A stretch of 64,000 bases of DNA, taken from Candidatus Paceibacter sp. Lineage in GTDB: Bacteria > Patescibacteriota > Patescibacteriia > S139-126. The stretch spans positions 12,032 through 76,031 of the forward strand of contig DYGA01000002.1 in assembly GCA_020724865.1 (NCBI GenBank), written 5' to 3'. Positions 9,936 to 19,133 of this stretch are shown one piece after another. The translations under genes and the position numbers were made by a program. The notes beneath the pieces are model-generated. The model searched no databases. It was not told where the DNA came from and saw only the letters and a list, made by a program, of their open reading frames with translations. Position 1 is the stretch's first letter. Each line of letters opens with the position of its first letter.

Positions 9936-10208
9936 ATGGATCGGCGGAGAAAAACGACAGTTAAGTCCCGAGCTTTGCATCGGATAAAAATTATTCAGGG
10001 GCATTTGCGGTCAGTGGAAAGGATGTTAGACCGTAATTCTTATTGTATAGATATAGTTCATCAGTCACGAGCAATACAAAAAGCTTTAAAGCAATTAGAT
10101 TTGTTGATTATTGAGGATCATCTTAAACATTGCGTTGTCGATCAAGTGCGACATGGTCAAGAACAAAAAACCACTAAAGAATTGTTAAAATTATATGAGT
10201 ATAAATAA
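9936..10208 (+). CDS. csoR: CsoR/RcnR family copper-sensing repressor
   Basis: RIKIIQGHL...YCIDI...EDHLKHCV. Confidence 0.9.
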   Translation: MDRRRKTTVKSRALHRIKIIQGHLRSVERMLDRNSYCIDIVHQSRAIQKALKQLDLLIIEDHLKHCVVDQVRHGQEQKTTKELLKLYEYK

Positions 10209-11688
10209 AAATATTGAAAAAAAGATTTTTTATGTTGAAGGTATGCATTGCTCATCCTGCGAACTGTTGATTGAAAAAAAATTATTAAAAAAAGAAGGCA
10301 TCAAAGCAGTTGAAGCATCATTAAATAAAGGACAAGTTTGTGTTTATTTTTCAGAAAAGAAAAATTTGGATTTAGACAAAATAAATCAAGAATTTAAATC
10401 TTTAGGTTATAGTTTTTTTACTGAACCACAAATAAAACAAAATAAAAAATTATTTTATCAAACAGAAGGTAAGTGGCAGATAAATAAAGATAAATTGATT
10501 GCTTTTTTAAAAACATCGATTTTAGCTTTTAGTTTTTTATTGGCATTTTATTTTTTAGATAAATGGCAACTAGGCAGATTTATTTCTGTAGATACACGTT
10601 CGTCTTTATCAGCTTTTTTTATTTTAGGAGTTATAGCTAGTGTGTCTAGTTGCGCTGCTTTGGTTGGGGGTGTGCTTTTAGCCATGACAAAAAAATGGCA
10701 TGAGGCTTATATTGATAGTGACAATAATTTTCAGAAAACTTTGCCCCATTGGTTATTTCATTTAGGTAGATTGTTAGCATTTTTTATTTTAGGTGGATTT
10801 TTAGGTTGGCTGGGCAGTGGTTTGTCTTTCAATAATACTTTTGGTTACGCTGTTTTAGTGGGATTGGTATCATTACTAATGATTATTTTAGCTTTGCAAA
10901 TGTTGGAGGTAAGTTGGGCGAAAAAGATTTCTTTGCGCTTGCCAAAATTTATTACTAGAAAAGTAGCTAGTGAAAATAGTTGGCAGGGTAAATATTCACC
11001 TTTTTTACTTGGAGTATTAACTTTTTTTCTGCCTTGTGGTTTTACTTTGATTGCTCAAGGTATTGCCCTGACTACAGGTAGTTTTCTGGCGGGGGCTAGT
11101 ATTATGTTGTTTTTTGCTTTAGGAACTTTGCCAATGTTAGCAAGTATAAGTTATACTGGCTATCGTTTTACTCAAAAACCTCATCTGACTGCTAAATTTT
11201 CCAAGGTTGCCGGCATTATTATAATATTTTTTGCCATTTACAATATCAACGGACAGCTCAATGTTATGGGATTACCCAGCTTACATGATTTAAAAAATTA
11301 TTCTAATGCCAAAATAACCACGCCGTCAGAGCCAATTATTTTATTTGGGCCTGATGCCGGTAAAACTTTATCCGTTAGTAAAAATAATTCTGAAAAAAAG
11401 GTTCAAGTTACAGATGATATTCAACAATTAGAGATTATTGCTCAAGGTTTTGAGTATACAAATTCTGGCAACACAGTTTTGCGAGCAAATGTTCCTACCG
11501 TTATGATCGTTGATAATCAGGGAATTTTAGGTTGCGGTGCTCAAATGGCTGCTCGTGGATTGTTCAGTGGTTTTGTCAATTTAAAACCGGGTATAAATAA
11601 AATTGATTTAGGCAGGCCCAAAGCCGGTAGCTATAAAATTACTTGCTCTATGGGCATGGTTCCGCCAATTACGGTTACTTTTCAATAA
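10195..11688 (+). CDS. HMA + DsbD_2/TauE-like membrane + cupredoxin-like domain protein
   Basis: GMHCSSC; SSCAALVGG; FFLPCGFT; C-terminal TCSMGM. Confidence 0.85.
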   Translation: MSINKNIEKKIFYVEGMHCSSCELLIEKKLLKKEGIKAVEASLNKGQVCVYFSEKKNLDLDKINQEFKSLGYSFFTEPQIKQNKKLFYQTEGKWQINKDKLIAFLKTSILAFSFLLAFYFLDKWQLGRFISVDTRSSLSAFFILGVIASVSSCAALVGGVLLAMTKKWHEAYIDSDNNFQKTLPHWLFHLGRLLAFFILGGFLGWLGSGLSFNNTFGYAVLVGLVSLLMIILALQMLEVSWAKKISLRLPKFITRKVASENSWQGKYSPFLLGVLTFFLPCGFTLIAQGIALTTGSFLAGASIMLFFALGTLPMLASISYTGYRFTQKPHLTAKFSKVAGIIIIFFAIYNINGQLNVMGLPSLHDLKNYSNAKITTPSEPIILFGPDAGKTLSVSKNNSEKKVQVTDDIQQLEIIAQGFEYTNSGNTVLRANVPTVMIVDNQGILGCGAQMAARGLFSGFVNLKPGINKIDLGRPKAGSYKITCSMGMVPPITVTFQ

Positions 11689-11703
11689 TAAATAAAATAA
11701 AAG

Positions 11704-11913
11704 ATGACAAAATTAATAGTCAAAGGCATGCATTGTTCTGCTTGCCAGAGTTTAATAAAAATGGAGCTTGAAGAAAAAGGTTTGCCAGTCCAAGAAGTAA
11801 AATTACTTGCCGGAGATAGGGGCGAGGTTGAATTTGCAGATTTAAATGAAGAACAAATAAATTTAGCTAAAAAAACTATTGAAAAAATGGACAATTATTC
11901 TGTCATTTCTTAA
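11704..11913 (+). CDS. copZ: Copper chaperone (HMA domain)
   Basis: GMHCSAC, 69 aa, upstream of the P1B ATPase. Confidence 0.85.
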   Translation: MTKLIVKGMHCSACQSLIKMELEEKGLPVQEVKLLAGDRGEVEFADLNEEQINLAKKTIEKMDNYSVIS

Positions 11914-11924
11914 ATATAAAAAAT

Positions 11925-14396
11925 ATGATTACTAAAATATATCCAATCGTTGGCATGCACTGCGCCTCCTGTAAGAGGTTGATAGAAAAAATGGTAAGTA
12001 AAGTACCCGGAGTAAGTGCTGTGGAGGTAAATTATGCCGCGGAACAAATGAAAGTCGTTTATGATGAAAATAAAGTTAGTACCCAGGATTTAATAGCGGC
12101 CGTTAGCAGCGCTGGAAGTTATCGTTTAATAACTGCTTCTGATTCGGATGAGATTGTTTTAGCAGATCCTAATCAGGCAAAAAAAATTATAGATAAACAT
12201 AAATTATTGTCTGATCATCAGGAACATGCATCAGCTTTGCGGCAACAGGAATACTTGTCTTTGCGCTCAAGAGTTGTGTTGGTTGCCCTGCTGAGCTTGC
12301 CTTTTTTTATTTTGATGATTTACATGATTTTGGCAAAGTTAGGATGGACAAATATGCCGATGTCACCATGGGGTTATTTAAGAATTGATAAATTTAATTA
12401 TCAAATTGATTTGTTTTATTTAGGACAATTTTTATTAGCTACGCCAATAGTATTTATCGGAGGTAAACAATTTTTTCAAAGCGCTTGGTCTGCTTTGCGA
12501 GTAAAATCAGCCAATATGGACAGTTTAATTTCTTTAGGGGTAGCAGTTGCTTGGTTATATTCAACTTTGGTAACATTTTTTTCTTGGCTGTTTAGTGATC
12601 TAAAGGTTGAAGTATTTTTTGAAGCCGCTGTGTTTATTACTTTTTTTATACTTTTAGGGAGATTATTTGAAGCTCGAGCCAAAGGTCAAGCCAGTGACGC
12701 TATTAAGGCGTTATTGCAACTCGGGGCCAAAGAAGCCATAGTTATCAGAGACAATAAAGAAATAAAAATTCCTGTTTCTGAAGTAGTGCAAGGAGATATT
12801 TTAATTGTCCGACCGGGAGAAAAGATTCCTGTAGATGGTGAAATTATTTTTGGCAATAGCACGGTTGATGAAGCAATGATTACTGGCGAATCAATGCCGG
12901 TAGAAAAAAATGTTGGCGATAAGGTAATTGGGGCCACGATAAATAAGATGGGAAGTTTTAAATTTAGGGCAGAAAAAGTTGGCAGTGACACACTCTTATC
13001 TCAAATCATAAAAATGGTTCAAGAAGCGCAAAGTAGTACGCCGCCAATTCAAAAATTGGCTGATAAGATTTCTGCTGTTTTTGTACCGATAGTAATTACC
13101 ATTGCGATTTTGGCTTTTTTGTTTTGGTTATTGTTAGCGCCACGGTTAGGTTTATTGCCACCAGATGTTTCTATTTGGCAGTTAGCAGTTTACATTGCTA
13201 TAACAATTTTAATAATAGCTTGTCCTTGTGCTTTGGGGTTAGCTACGCCGACAGCAGTAATGGTTGGCGCAGGCAAAGCGGCTAAATCAGGGATTTTGAT
13301 CAAAGATGCCACTGCGTTGGAGTGGGCTAATCAGATAAAGAAAATTGTATTTGATAAAACTGGTACTTTGACTAAAGGTGAACCAACGGTTACGGATTGT
13401 CAAATATTAACTGACAAAGATAAAAAAGAAATATTGAGTTTAGCTTACGCTGTTGAACATATTTCTGAACACCCTTTGTCTATGGCTATTACCAATTATG
13501 CCAAACAGTATGATTTGCAATTTGATCTGGAAGTAGAAGATTTCCAGAGTTTAACTGGTTTAGGGGTTAGCGGGGTTGTTGCTGGAAAAAAAATATTATT
13601 GGGCAATGAGAAATTATTAAAAAGTCAAAATATAAATATTAATGCGTTTGATAATTTATCTAAAGCATGGAAAAATAACGGCAAAACTTTGGCTTATATG
13701 GCAATTGACAACGAATTGGTCGCTGTGTTTGCTTTGGCAGACGTAGTCAAAAATGAAGCCAGAGATTCAATAGTTAAATTACACGCTTTAGGAATTACCA
13801 CTATTATGTTAACTGGTGACAATGAAGTTACTGCTCGGGCGATTGCCAAACAGTTAGGAATAGATGAAGTTATTGCTGAAGTGATGCCGCAGGATAAAGC
13901 TGAAATTATCAAAAAAATACAAGCAGAAACTCAAGGCAAAGTGGCTATGGTTGGAGATGGGATCAATGACGCACCGGCTTTGGCTCAAGCGGATATTGGG
14001 ATTGCCATGGGAACCGGCACTGATGTGGCTATTGAAACTGGCAGTGTAGTTTTAGTAAAGGGAAGTTTAGATAAGGTAGTAGAAACAATAGAATTGTCTC
14101 GTTTGACTTTTAGTATTATAAAACAAAATTTATTTTGGGCTTTTGGTTATAATATTATTGCCATTCCAATTGCAGCTGGATTATTGTATCCGAGTATGAA
14201 ATTGTTACTTTCACCGATTATGGCAGCGGCGGCCATGGCTTTTAGTTCTATCTCGGTAGTGCTAAATAGTGTGCGTTTAAAAAGTTTAACCAGCAAAAAC
14301 AAATTAATATCTAATACTTTTTTTTATATTTTTATTTTTACTTTTGTGGTCCTAGTGTTTTATTTTAGTTTTATGCTTAGCATGGAAATGAAATAA
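11925..14396 (+). CDS. copA: Copper-translocating P1B-type ATPase
   Basis: [31 protein letters not shown]...MAFSS. Confidence 0.95.
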   Translation: MITKIYPIVGMHCASCKRLIEKMVSKVPGVSAVEVNYAAEQMKVVYDENKVSTQDLIAAVSSAGSYRLITASDSDEIVLADPNQAKKIIDKHKLLSDHQEHASALRQQEYLSLRSRVVLVALLSLPFFILMIYMILAKLGWTNMPMSPWGYLRIDKFNYQIDLFYLGQFLLATPIVFIGGKQFFQSAWSALRVKSANMDSLISLGVAVAWLYSTLVTFFSWLFSDLKVEVFFEAAVFITFFILLGRLFEARAKGQASDAIKALLQLGAKEAIVIRDNKEIKIPVSEVVQGDILIVRPGEKIPVDGEIIFGNSTVDEAMITGESMPVEKNVGDKVIGATINKMGSFKFRAEKVGSDTLLSQIIKMVQEAQSSTPPIQKLADKISAVFVPIVITIAILAFLFWLLLAPRLGLLPPDVSIWQLAVYIAITILIIACPCALGLATPTAVMVGAGKAAKSGILIKDATALEWANQIKKIVFDKTGTLTKGEPTVTDCQILTDKDKKEILSLAYAVEHISEHPLSMAITNYAKQYDLQFDLEVEDFQSLTGLGVSGVVAGKKILLGNEKLLKSQNININAFDNLSKAWKNNGKTLAYMAIDNELVAVFALADVVKNEARDSIVKLHALGITTIMLTGDNEVTARAIAKQLGIDEVIAEVMPQDKAEIIKKIQAETQGKVAMVGDGINDAPALAQADIGIAMGTGTDVAIETGSVVLVKGSLDKVVETIELSRLTFSIIKQNLFWAFGYNIIAIPIAAGLLYPSMKLLLSPIMAAAAMAFSSISVVLNSVRLKSLTSKNKLISNTFFYIFIFTFVVLVFYFSFMLSMEMK

Positions 14397-14414
14397 AAAA
14401 CAAGTTATTTAGAA

Positions 14415-14450
14415 AAGGACTGTCCTGAGAGTGGGCAGTCTTTATTTTTT
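14415..14450 (+). terminator. Intrinsic terminator
   Basis: GACTGTCC...GGGCAGTC followed by T-rich tail. Confidence 0.7.
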
Positions 14451-14558
14451 TAGATTAAATTTTTTTGGTTTTTTGGGCCAGATGTGAATATAGTACTTGG
14501 CAATGATTGATTTTTTTGTATACAATAATTGAAAATCTTAAAATTAATTATATTATTT

Positions 14559-14927
14559 ATGCGCAAAAGTTTTGTTGTTATTTTAGGGTTGTTACTAGTT
14601 TTTTTTGTAGGTTGTACTACTAAACAAGCTAGTCAAACAGCAGAAACAACATCAGTGAATAGCAATGAAAATGTGACAATTAGTAATTCAACATATACTA
14701 TGTCCGAAGTAGCCAGTCACAATACGCTCAGTGATTGTTGGACGGTTGTAAGAGGGCAGGTATATAATCTAACTGATTGGATTGGTAAGCATCCAGGAGG
14801 TGAGAAAGCTATTACCCAGCTTTGTGGTATTGATGGTACTGATAAATTTGTTGGCAAACATGGTGGTAAAGATTTACCGGAAAATACTTTGGCCGGATAT
14901 AAGATTGGCGATTTAGTTGCTGAGTAG
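14559..14927 (+). CDS. Cytochrome b5-like heme-binding lipoprotein
   Basis: Lipobox-like FVGC; HNTLSDCW...VYNLT...HPGG...CGIDGT...H; ATG at 14559. Confidence 0.9.
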   Translation: MRKSFVVILGLLLVFFVGCTTKQASQTAETTSVNSNENVTISNSTYTMSEVASHNTLSDCWTVVRGQVYNLTDWIGKHPGGEKAITQLCGIDGTDKFVGKHGGKDLPENTLAGYKIGDLVAE

Positions 14928-14942
14928 ATTTATAAAAATTTT

Positions 14943-14972
14943 AAACCCTTTGTTTTTACAAAGGGTTTTTTT
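14943..14972 (+). terminator. Intrinsic terminator
   Basis: AAACCCTTTGT...ACAAAGGGTTT-TTTT. Confidence 0.8.
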
Positions 14973-15045
14973 GTTTTTATAAACCAGTTTTAGCAGTCAG
15001 GCGAAATATAATATTATTAGTTTATAATTAAGAAGCAAAAATATA

Positions 15046-15095
15046 AATAACTAATTACTAATGATTAATAATTAGTTATTAGTAATTAATAATTA
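15046..15095. repeat. Short copy of the AT-rich heptamer inverted-repeat element
   Basis: AATAACT AATTACT AATGATT ... AATT AGTTATT AGTAATT; same arms as 26254-26345. Confidence 0.6.
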
Positions 15096-15187
15096 ATTTT
15101 AGTATTTCTAATAGTGTAAACAACGGATGTCATGATTCATATTTATTAATATAGTTAATATTTGCTTGAAATATTTGCATTTTACCA

Positions 15188-15216
15188 TTGACAAAATCCA
15201 AAAAATATGCTACCAT
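15188..15216 (+). promoter_or_regulatory. Sigma70 promoter, close sequence relative of the 4114 promoter
   Basis: TTGACA-17-TACCAT, TG extension. Confidence 0.75.
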
Positions 15217-15273
15217 ACTATGTTAGTTCTTAAACAATTTAATATCAAAAACAAAAAATAAAAGGAGTTAGCC

Positions 15274-15729
15274 ATGTTTAAAAGCATGTTTTATTTAGTG
15301 GTCATAATGACCATAGCAGTTTTTTCTTTAATTTATTTTGGAGTTCTGTCAAATTTTTATGATGTATTAGAATATATAATGCATTACATCAATGGCGGAA
15401 CCATGAGCCCGGATTTTGGTTTTTTGTCTTTTTATTTTTATCTGTTTTTCTTATTTGTTATTTTTTTATCGGTTAATTTAGTAAAAACGAATAAATTTGC
15501 CTACAAGGCATTGGATCTTTCTCTGGTATTTTTTATATTTTTTCTAATGTATAACTTAGTTAACAATACTGAATTTATCATTTGGGAACAGTTTTTGTCC
15601 CCAGTAATTACAATATTAGCAATAATGTCAGTTGGATTATTATGGAGATATCGTTTTCCGGAAACATTTAATAAATTAAGTGAATTTTTTAAAAAAGAAA
15701 ATTCATTGGAAGAGAGAACTGATCTATAA
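15274..15729 (+). CDS. Hypothetical membrane protein (4 TM)
   Basis: AAAGGAG SD, own promoter and terminator. Confidence 0.75.
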   Translation: MFKSMFYLVVIMTIAVFSLIYFGVLSNFYDVLEYIMHYINGGTMSPDFGFLSFYFYLFFLFVIFLSVNLVKTNKFAYKALDLSLVFFIFFLMYNLVNNTEFIIWEQFLSPVITILAIMSVGLLWRYRFPETFNKLSEFFKKENSLEERTDL

Positions 15730-15738
15730 AAAATATAT

Positions 15739-15767
15739 AAACCCGCAACAACGTTTGCGGGTTTTTT
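15739..15767. terminator. Bidirectional terminator
   Basis: AAACCCGCAA-N6-TTGCGGGTTT between convergent genes. Confidence 0.8.
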
Positions 15768-15793
15768 ATTTTGTTTAAATAAATTATTAGTAA

Positions 15794-17485
15794 TCACCAA
15801 CTACCGCCGCCACCACCGCCAAAACCACCACCGCCAAAACCACCGCCACCCGAGCCACTACCCCCACGAGAAGCATGCGAGATGCTGCTAGCTATTTGCG
15901 TATTAAATCCAGATAAGTCACTGGCAAATTGAGTTGCAATAATAGCATTGGTGGTACTACCTTGGTACCAGTCAGGATTTTGAATATAAATATCTTTGAA
16001 TTGTTCTGCCCATTGTTTTTCTACACCCATAGCCACTGCAAACGGCAGATACTGCATAAACTTTTCTGGATTTTTTTCTGGAGCATTGTGAAATTTAAAT
16101 CTTTCTTCGTCAGTCACAGACAAGAATTCTTTGAAGCCAAGTAAGTGATCTTTTATTTCTGCCCCTAGGGTTGTTTTTTTGGGCATCAGCCAACCAAAAA
16201 TCATCACCACACCACCGGTCAGCATTAAAGCTATAAAATAAAGAAAAGCAAAATCACCGATAAAAAATCCCAGCATCATCAGAAAGCCTCCAATTGAGGT
16301 GTATTTAACTTTGATGGTATTGGGGTTTTTATCATACCAACCATTTCTAACCATTTCTTCACTAATATTTTTTTTGAATTCACTTATTCTTTTGGCAATT
16401 GTTTTATCTTTTTTTATCTCTGATAATTTTATGACTCCACCCGATAATTTGTTTTTAGTAAAAAATAGTTCGCTGATAAGTCCATTTATTCCCTCATCTT
16501 TGGTGGGAAGATTTTTAATAATTGTTAGTTCATAATCAACTGTTTTGAAAATACTGGTTTTTTCTATTCTAGTGATTTTTATAAAACCTTGTTGGGCAAG
16601 GTGAATAAGTCCAGCAGTCAGATCACGGTTATCAATTTTTTCATCAATCAAAGCCCCAACCAGAGTGGGAGATACATTTTGTGGGGGCTCATATTCAGCA
16701 ATGACAGTACCACGGCCAACTGGATCTTTACCTTTTCTTTGCCAGATTAAATACATTATCACCAATGCCACAAAAGGCAAGAGTAAAATGAAGTTGTCTT
16801 TAATAATTTTGCCAATTTTTTCCCAGATAGTTGGTGCTTGAAAAAAACCTTTTTCTAACCCCAAAGCAATAGTCAATCCTTCACCCGGATTTAAAGGTTT
16901 GGTAGTTTGATAAGTTATAGTATTGTTTGTCTGTTTTAGTAGACAAGGTGTATTACTACCAGCTGGTCCTTGGTAACAGGTAGTCTGTTTTAGTAGAGCT
17001 CCATTTGGTAAGTTTATTTCGGTTGTCACTTGCAACATGCTAACTCGCCAGTCATTGCCAGTGATATTCCAATATAGTTCATCATAGTCAGTAAAGAAAT
17101 TTATTGCTCCTTCAACTTGATAGGTAATTTGGTATTCTTGCCGGCCAGTAACAGTACTGTCAGCTGAACCAATTTTGATATTTAAATACTTTCCTTGAAT
17201 TTTGTCGGTATAAGGTTCAGTTAGTCCATTGTGTTTTACAGCTAGTACTTTTATGTCGATATTTCTATTAGCTAATTCATTTTGGTATTTAACCGGAATA
17301 TATCGGTAAATACCATGTTGCTGCAAATCGCCAAAATCATAAACAATATTTTCGGTTACTGTAAAATATTTGGGCGACAGTTTTATATCCGCCGTAAAAC
17401 TATTGATAGTTTCAGCTTGAACGGAATTAATACCACTTAGCAAAAAACAAGCCGTAATAAGCAAAATTTTTAAATATTTTTTCAT
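15794..17485 (-). CDS. DUF2207 family membrane protein
   Basis: ELYWNITGNDW; LPFAVAMGV; Gly-rich C-terminus GGGGGGSW. Confidence 0.92.
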   Translation of the reverse strand: MKKYLKILLITACFLLSGINSVQAETINSFTADIKLSPKYFTVTENIVYDFGDLQQHGIYRYIPVKYQNELANRNIDIKVLAVKHNGLTEPYTDKIQGKYLNIKIGSADSTVTGRQEYQITYQVEGAINFFTDYDELYWNITGNDWRVSMLQVTTEINLPNGALLKQTTCYQGPAGSNTPCLLKQTNNTITYQTTKPLNPGEGLTIALGLEKGFFQAPTIWEKIGKIIKDNFILLLPFVALVIMYLIWQRKGKDPVGRGTVIAEYEPPQNVSPTLVGALIDEKIDNRDLTAGLIHLAQQGFIKITRIEKTSIFKTVDYELTIIKNLPTKDEGINGLISELFFTKNKLSGGVIKLSEIKKDKTIAKRISEFKKNISEEMVRNGWYDKNPNTIKVKYTSIGGFLMMLGFFIGDFAFLYFIALMLTGGVVMIFGWLMPKKTTLGAEIKDHLLGFKEFLSVTDEERFKFHNAPEKNPEKFMQYLPFAVAMGVEKQWAEQFKDIYIQNPDWYQGSTTNAIIATQFASDLSGFNTQIASSISHASRGGSGSGGGGFGGGGFGGGGGGSW

Positions 17486-17560
17486 ATTCTAATTGTAGAA
17501 CTAATTTTATAGTCAATCAAACTATTTTCTTTAAAATTGACGGGGATATATAATAAAGCT

Positions 17561-18067
17561 ATGAAACCAAAAAAGATAACAGTCAATGACAAAATGCAAA
17601 AAGGATATGTTTATTATCTTACTGAACCGGTTGGTAAAAATTTTCATCCTGATTTTAAGCCTGAGTTGACACCTAAAGAGATGTTAGCTTTAGGTGTATT
17701 TGGCGGTAAATATATGAATGATTGTCGGAAGGAATTTCCTAAAAGTTGGTTTAAAAATGCAAAACTAAGTAAGAATAAAAATATTAAATTAAATTATTTT
17801 GGAGTTGATGCTAGTTTGCCGCTAGCTGAATGGCGTCGGAAAGGTTGGATATACCCTGAAGATCCCAGAGGTTGGTTTCAGTGGTATTGCCGGTATTATC
17901 TAGGTAGGCGGATTCCGGAAGAAGACCTAAGGCAAATTAAAAGATGGAAGGCAATGCGTAGGCATTATATGGCCGTAAAGATTCATTGTCTGCGAGGCGA
18001 TTTTGGTTGTCGTCCTAAACAACGACAAGCATTGTTGCATTGGGCGTATGATAGTAGACGAATTTAG
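17561..18067 (+). CDS. Conserved hypothetical basic, Trp/Arg-rich protein
   Basis: LTPKEML.LGVFGGKY, DPRGWFQWYCRYY.GRR, RQALLHWAYD; ATG at 17561. Confidence 0.8.
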   Translation: MKPKKITVNDKMQKGYVYYLTEPVGKNFHPDFKPELTPKEMLALGVFGGKYMNDCRKEFPKSWFKNAKLSKNKNIKLNYFGVDASLPLAEWRRKGWIYPEDPRGWFQWYCRYYLGRRIPEEDLRQIKRWKAMRRHYMAVKIHCLRGDFGCRPKQRQALLHWAYDSRRI

Positions 18068-18098
18068 AAAATTATAAATTTTAAATTATAAATTTTAA

Positions 18099-19100
18099 AT
18101 GGATTTGAGTAAATTAAGTGAAATATTAAAAAGTGAACCAAAGTATCGCCAGCAGCAAGTCAGTCAGGCGGTATTTATTGATTTGGTGACTGATTGGGAT
18201 GAGGTAAAAACTTTACCACAAAAATTGCGGACTGTTTTGAAAAATAGCTGTCCTTTGGAAATTAAAGCTAAGATTTTTCATAGTCAAGACCAGAAAACCA
18301 GCAAAGCTTTGATTACTTTGAACGATGGCAATAAAATTGAAACAGTGTTAATGCGACATGAAGGCGATCGGCATACAGTGTGCGTGTCCAGTCAGGTTGG
18401 TTGTCCTTTGGCTTGTACTTTTTGTGCCACCGGCAGGTTGGGTTTGAAGCGTAATTTAAATGCTGATGAAATTGTTGAACAGGTTTTGTTGTGGAATCGA
18501 GTTTTAAAACAAATCGGGGAAAAGGAGCGAGTAACTAACGTGGTTTATATGGGTATGGGTGAGCCATTTTTAAACTATACCAATGTCTTAAAATCAATCA
18601 GATGGTTGAACGATAAACAAGGTTTCAATATTGGGGCGAGAAAAATTTCCGTTTCAACTTCAGGTATTGTTCCAAAAATAAAAAAATTTGCTGAAGAAAA
18701 AATGCAAGTCAATTTAGCATTGTCATTACATGCGCCTACTGATGAATTGCGTTCTAGCTTGATGCCTATCAATACTCATTTTCCCCTTCAAGAAGTAATG
18801 TCAGCAATTGATTATTATATTAAAAAAACTAATCGCAAAGTAATGTGCGAGTATCTAATGATTGACGGGGTAAATGATTCGTTAGAACAAGCCAAGCAAT
18901 TAGCTAAATTATTAAAAGATAAATTGGTAATGGTAAATTTGATTGCCTATAATCCGACCAATGCTTATCGGCCGGCTAAAGCAAAAAATATTAAAGCTTT
19001 TAAAGATTATCTATCTCAAGCCGGGTTGGAAGTAAGTCAGCGGTTTACTTTTGGCCAAGACATCAAGGCTGCTTGTGGCCAGTTGGCTTTGGATAATTAG
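18099..19100 (+). CDS. rlmN: Radical SAM rRNA/tRNA methyltransferase RlmN
   Basis: CVSSQVGCPLACTFCATG; MGMGEP; AACGQL. Confidence 0.95.
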   Translation: MDLSKLSEILKSEPKYRQQQVSQAVFIDLVTDWDEVKTLPQKLRTVLKNSCPLEIKAKIFHSQDQKTSKALITLNDGNKIETVLMRHEGDRHTVCVSSQVGCPLACTFCATGRLGLKRNLNADEIVEQVLLWNRVLKQIGEKERVTNVVYMGMGEPFLNYTNVLKSIRWLNDKQGFNIGARKISVSTSGIVPKIKKFAEEKMQVNLALSLHAPTDELRSSLMPINTHFPLQEVMSAIDYYIKKTNRKVMCEYLMIDGVNDSLEQAKQLAKLLKDKLVMVNLIAYNPTNAYRPAKAKNIKAFKDYLSQAGLEVSQRFTFGQDIKAACGQLALDN

Positions 19101-19133
19101 TTTATATTTGATATTCTTATATTGTAATATTTT

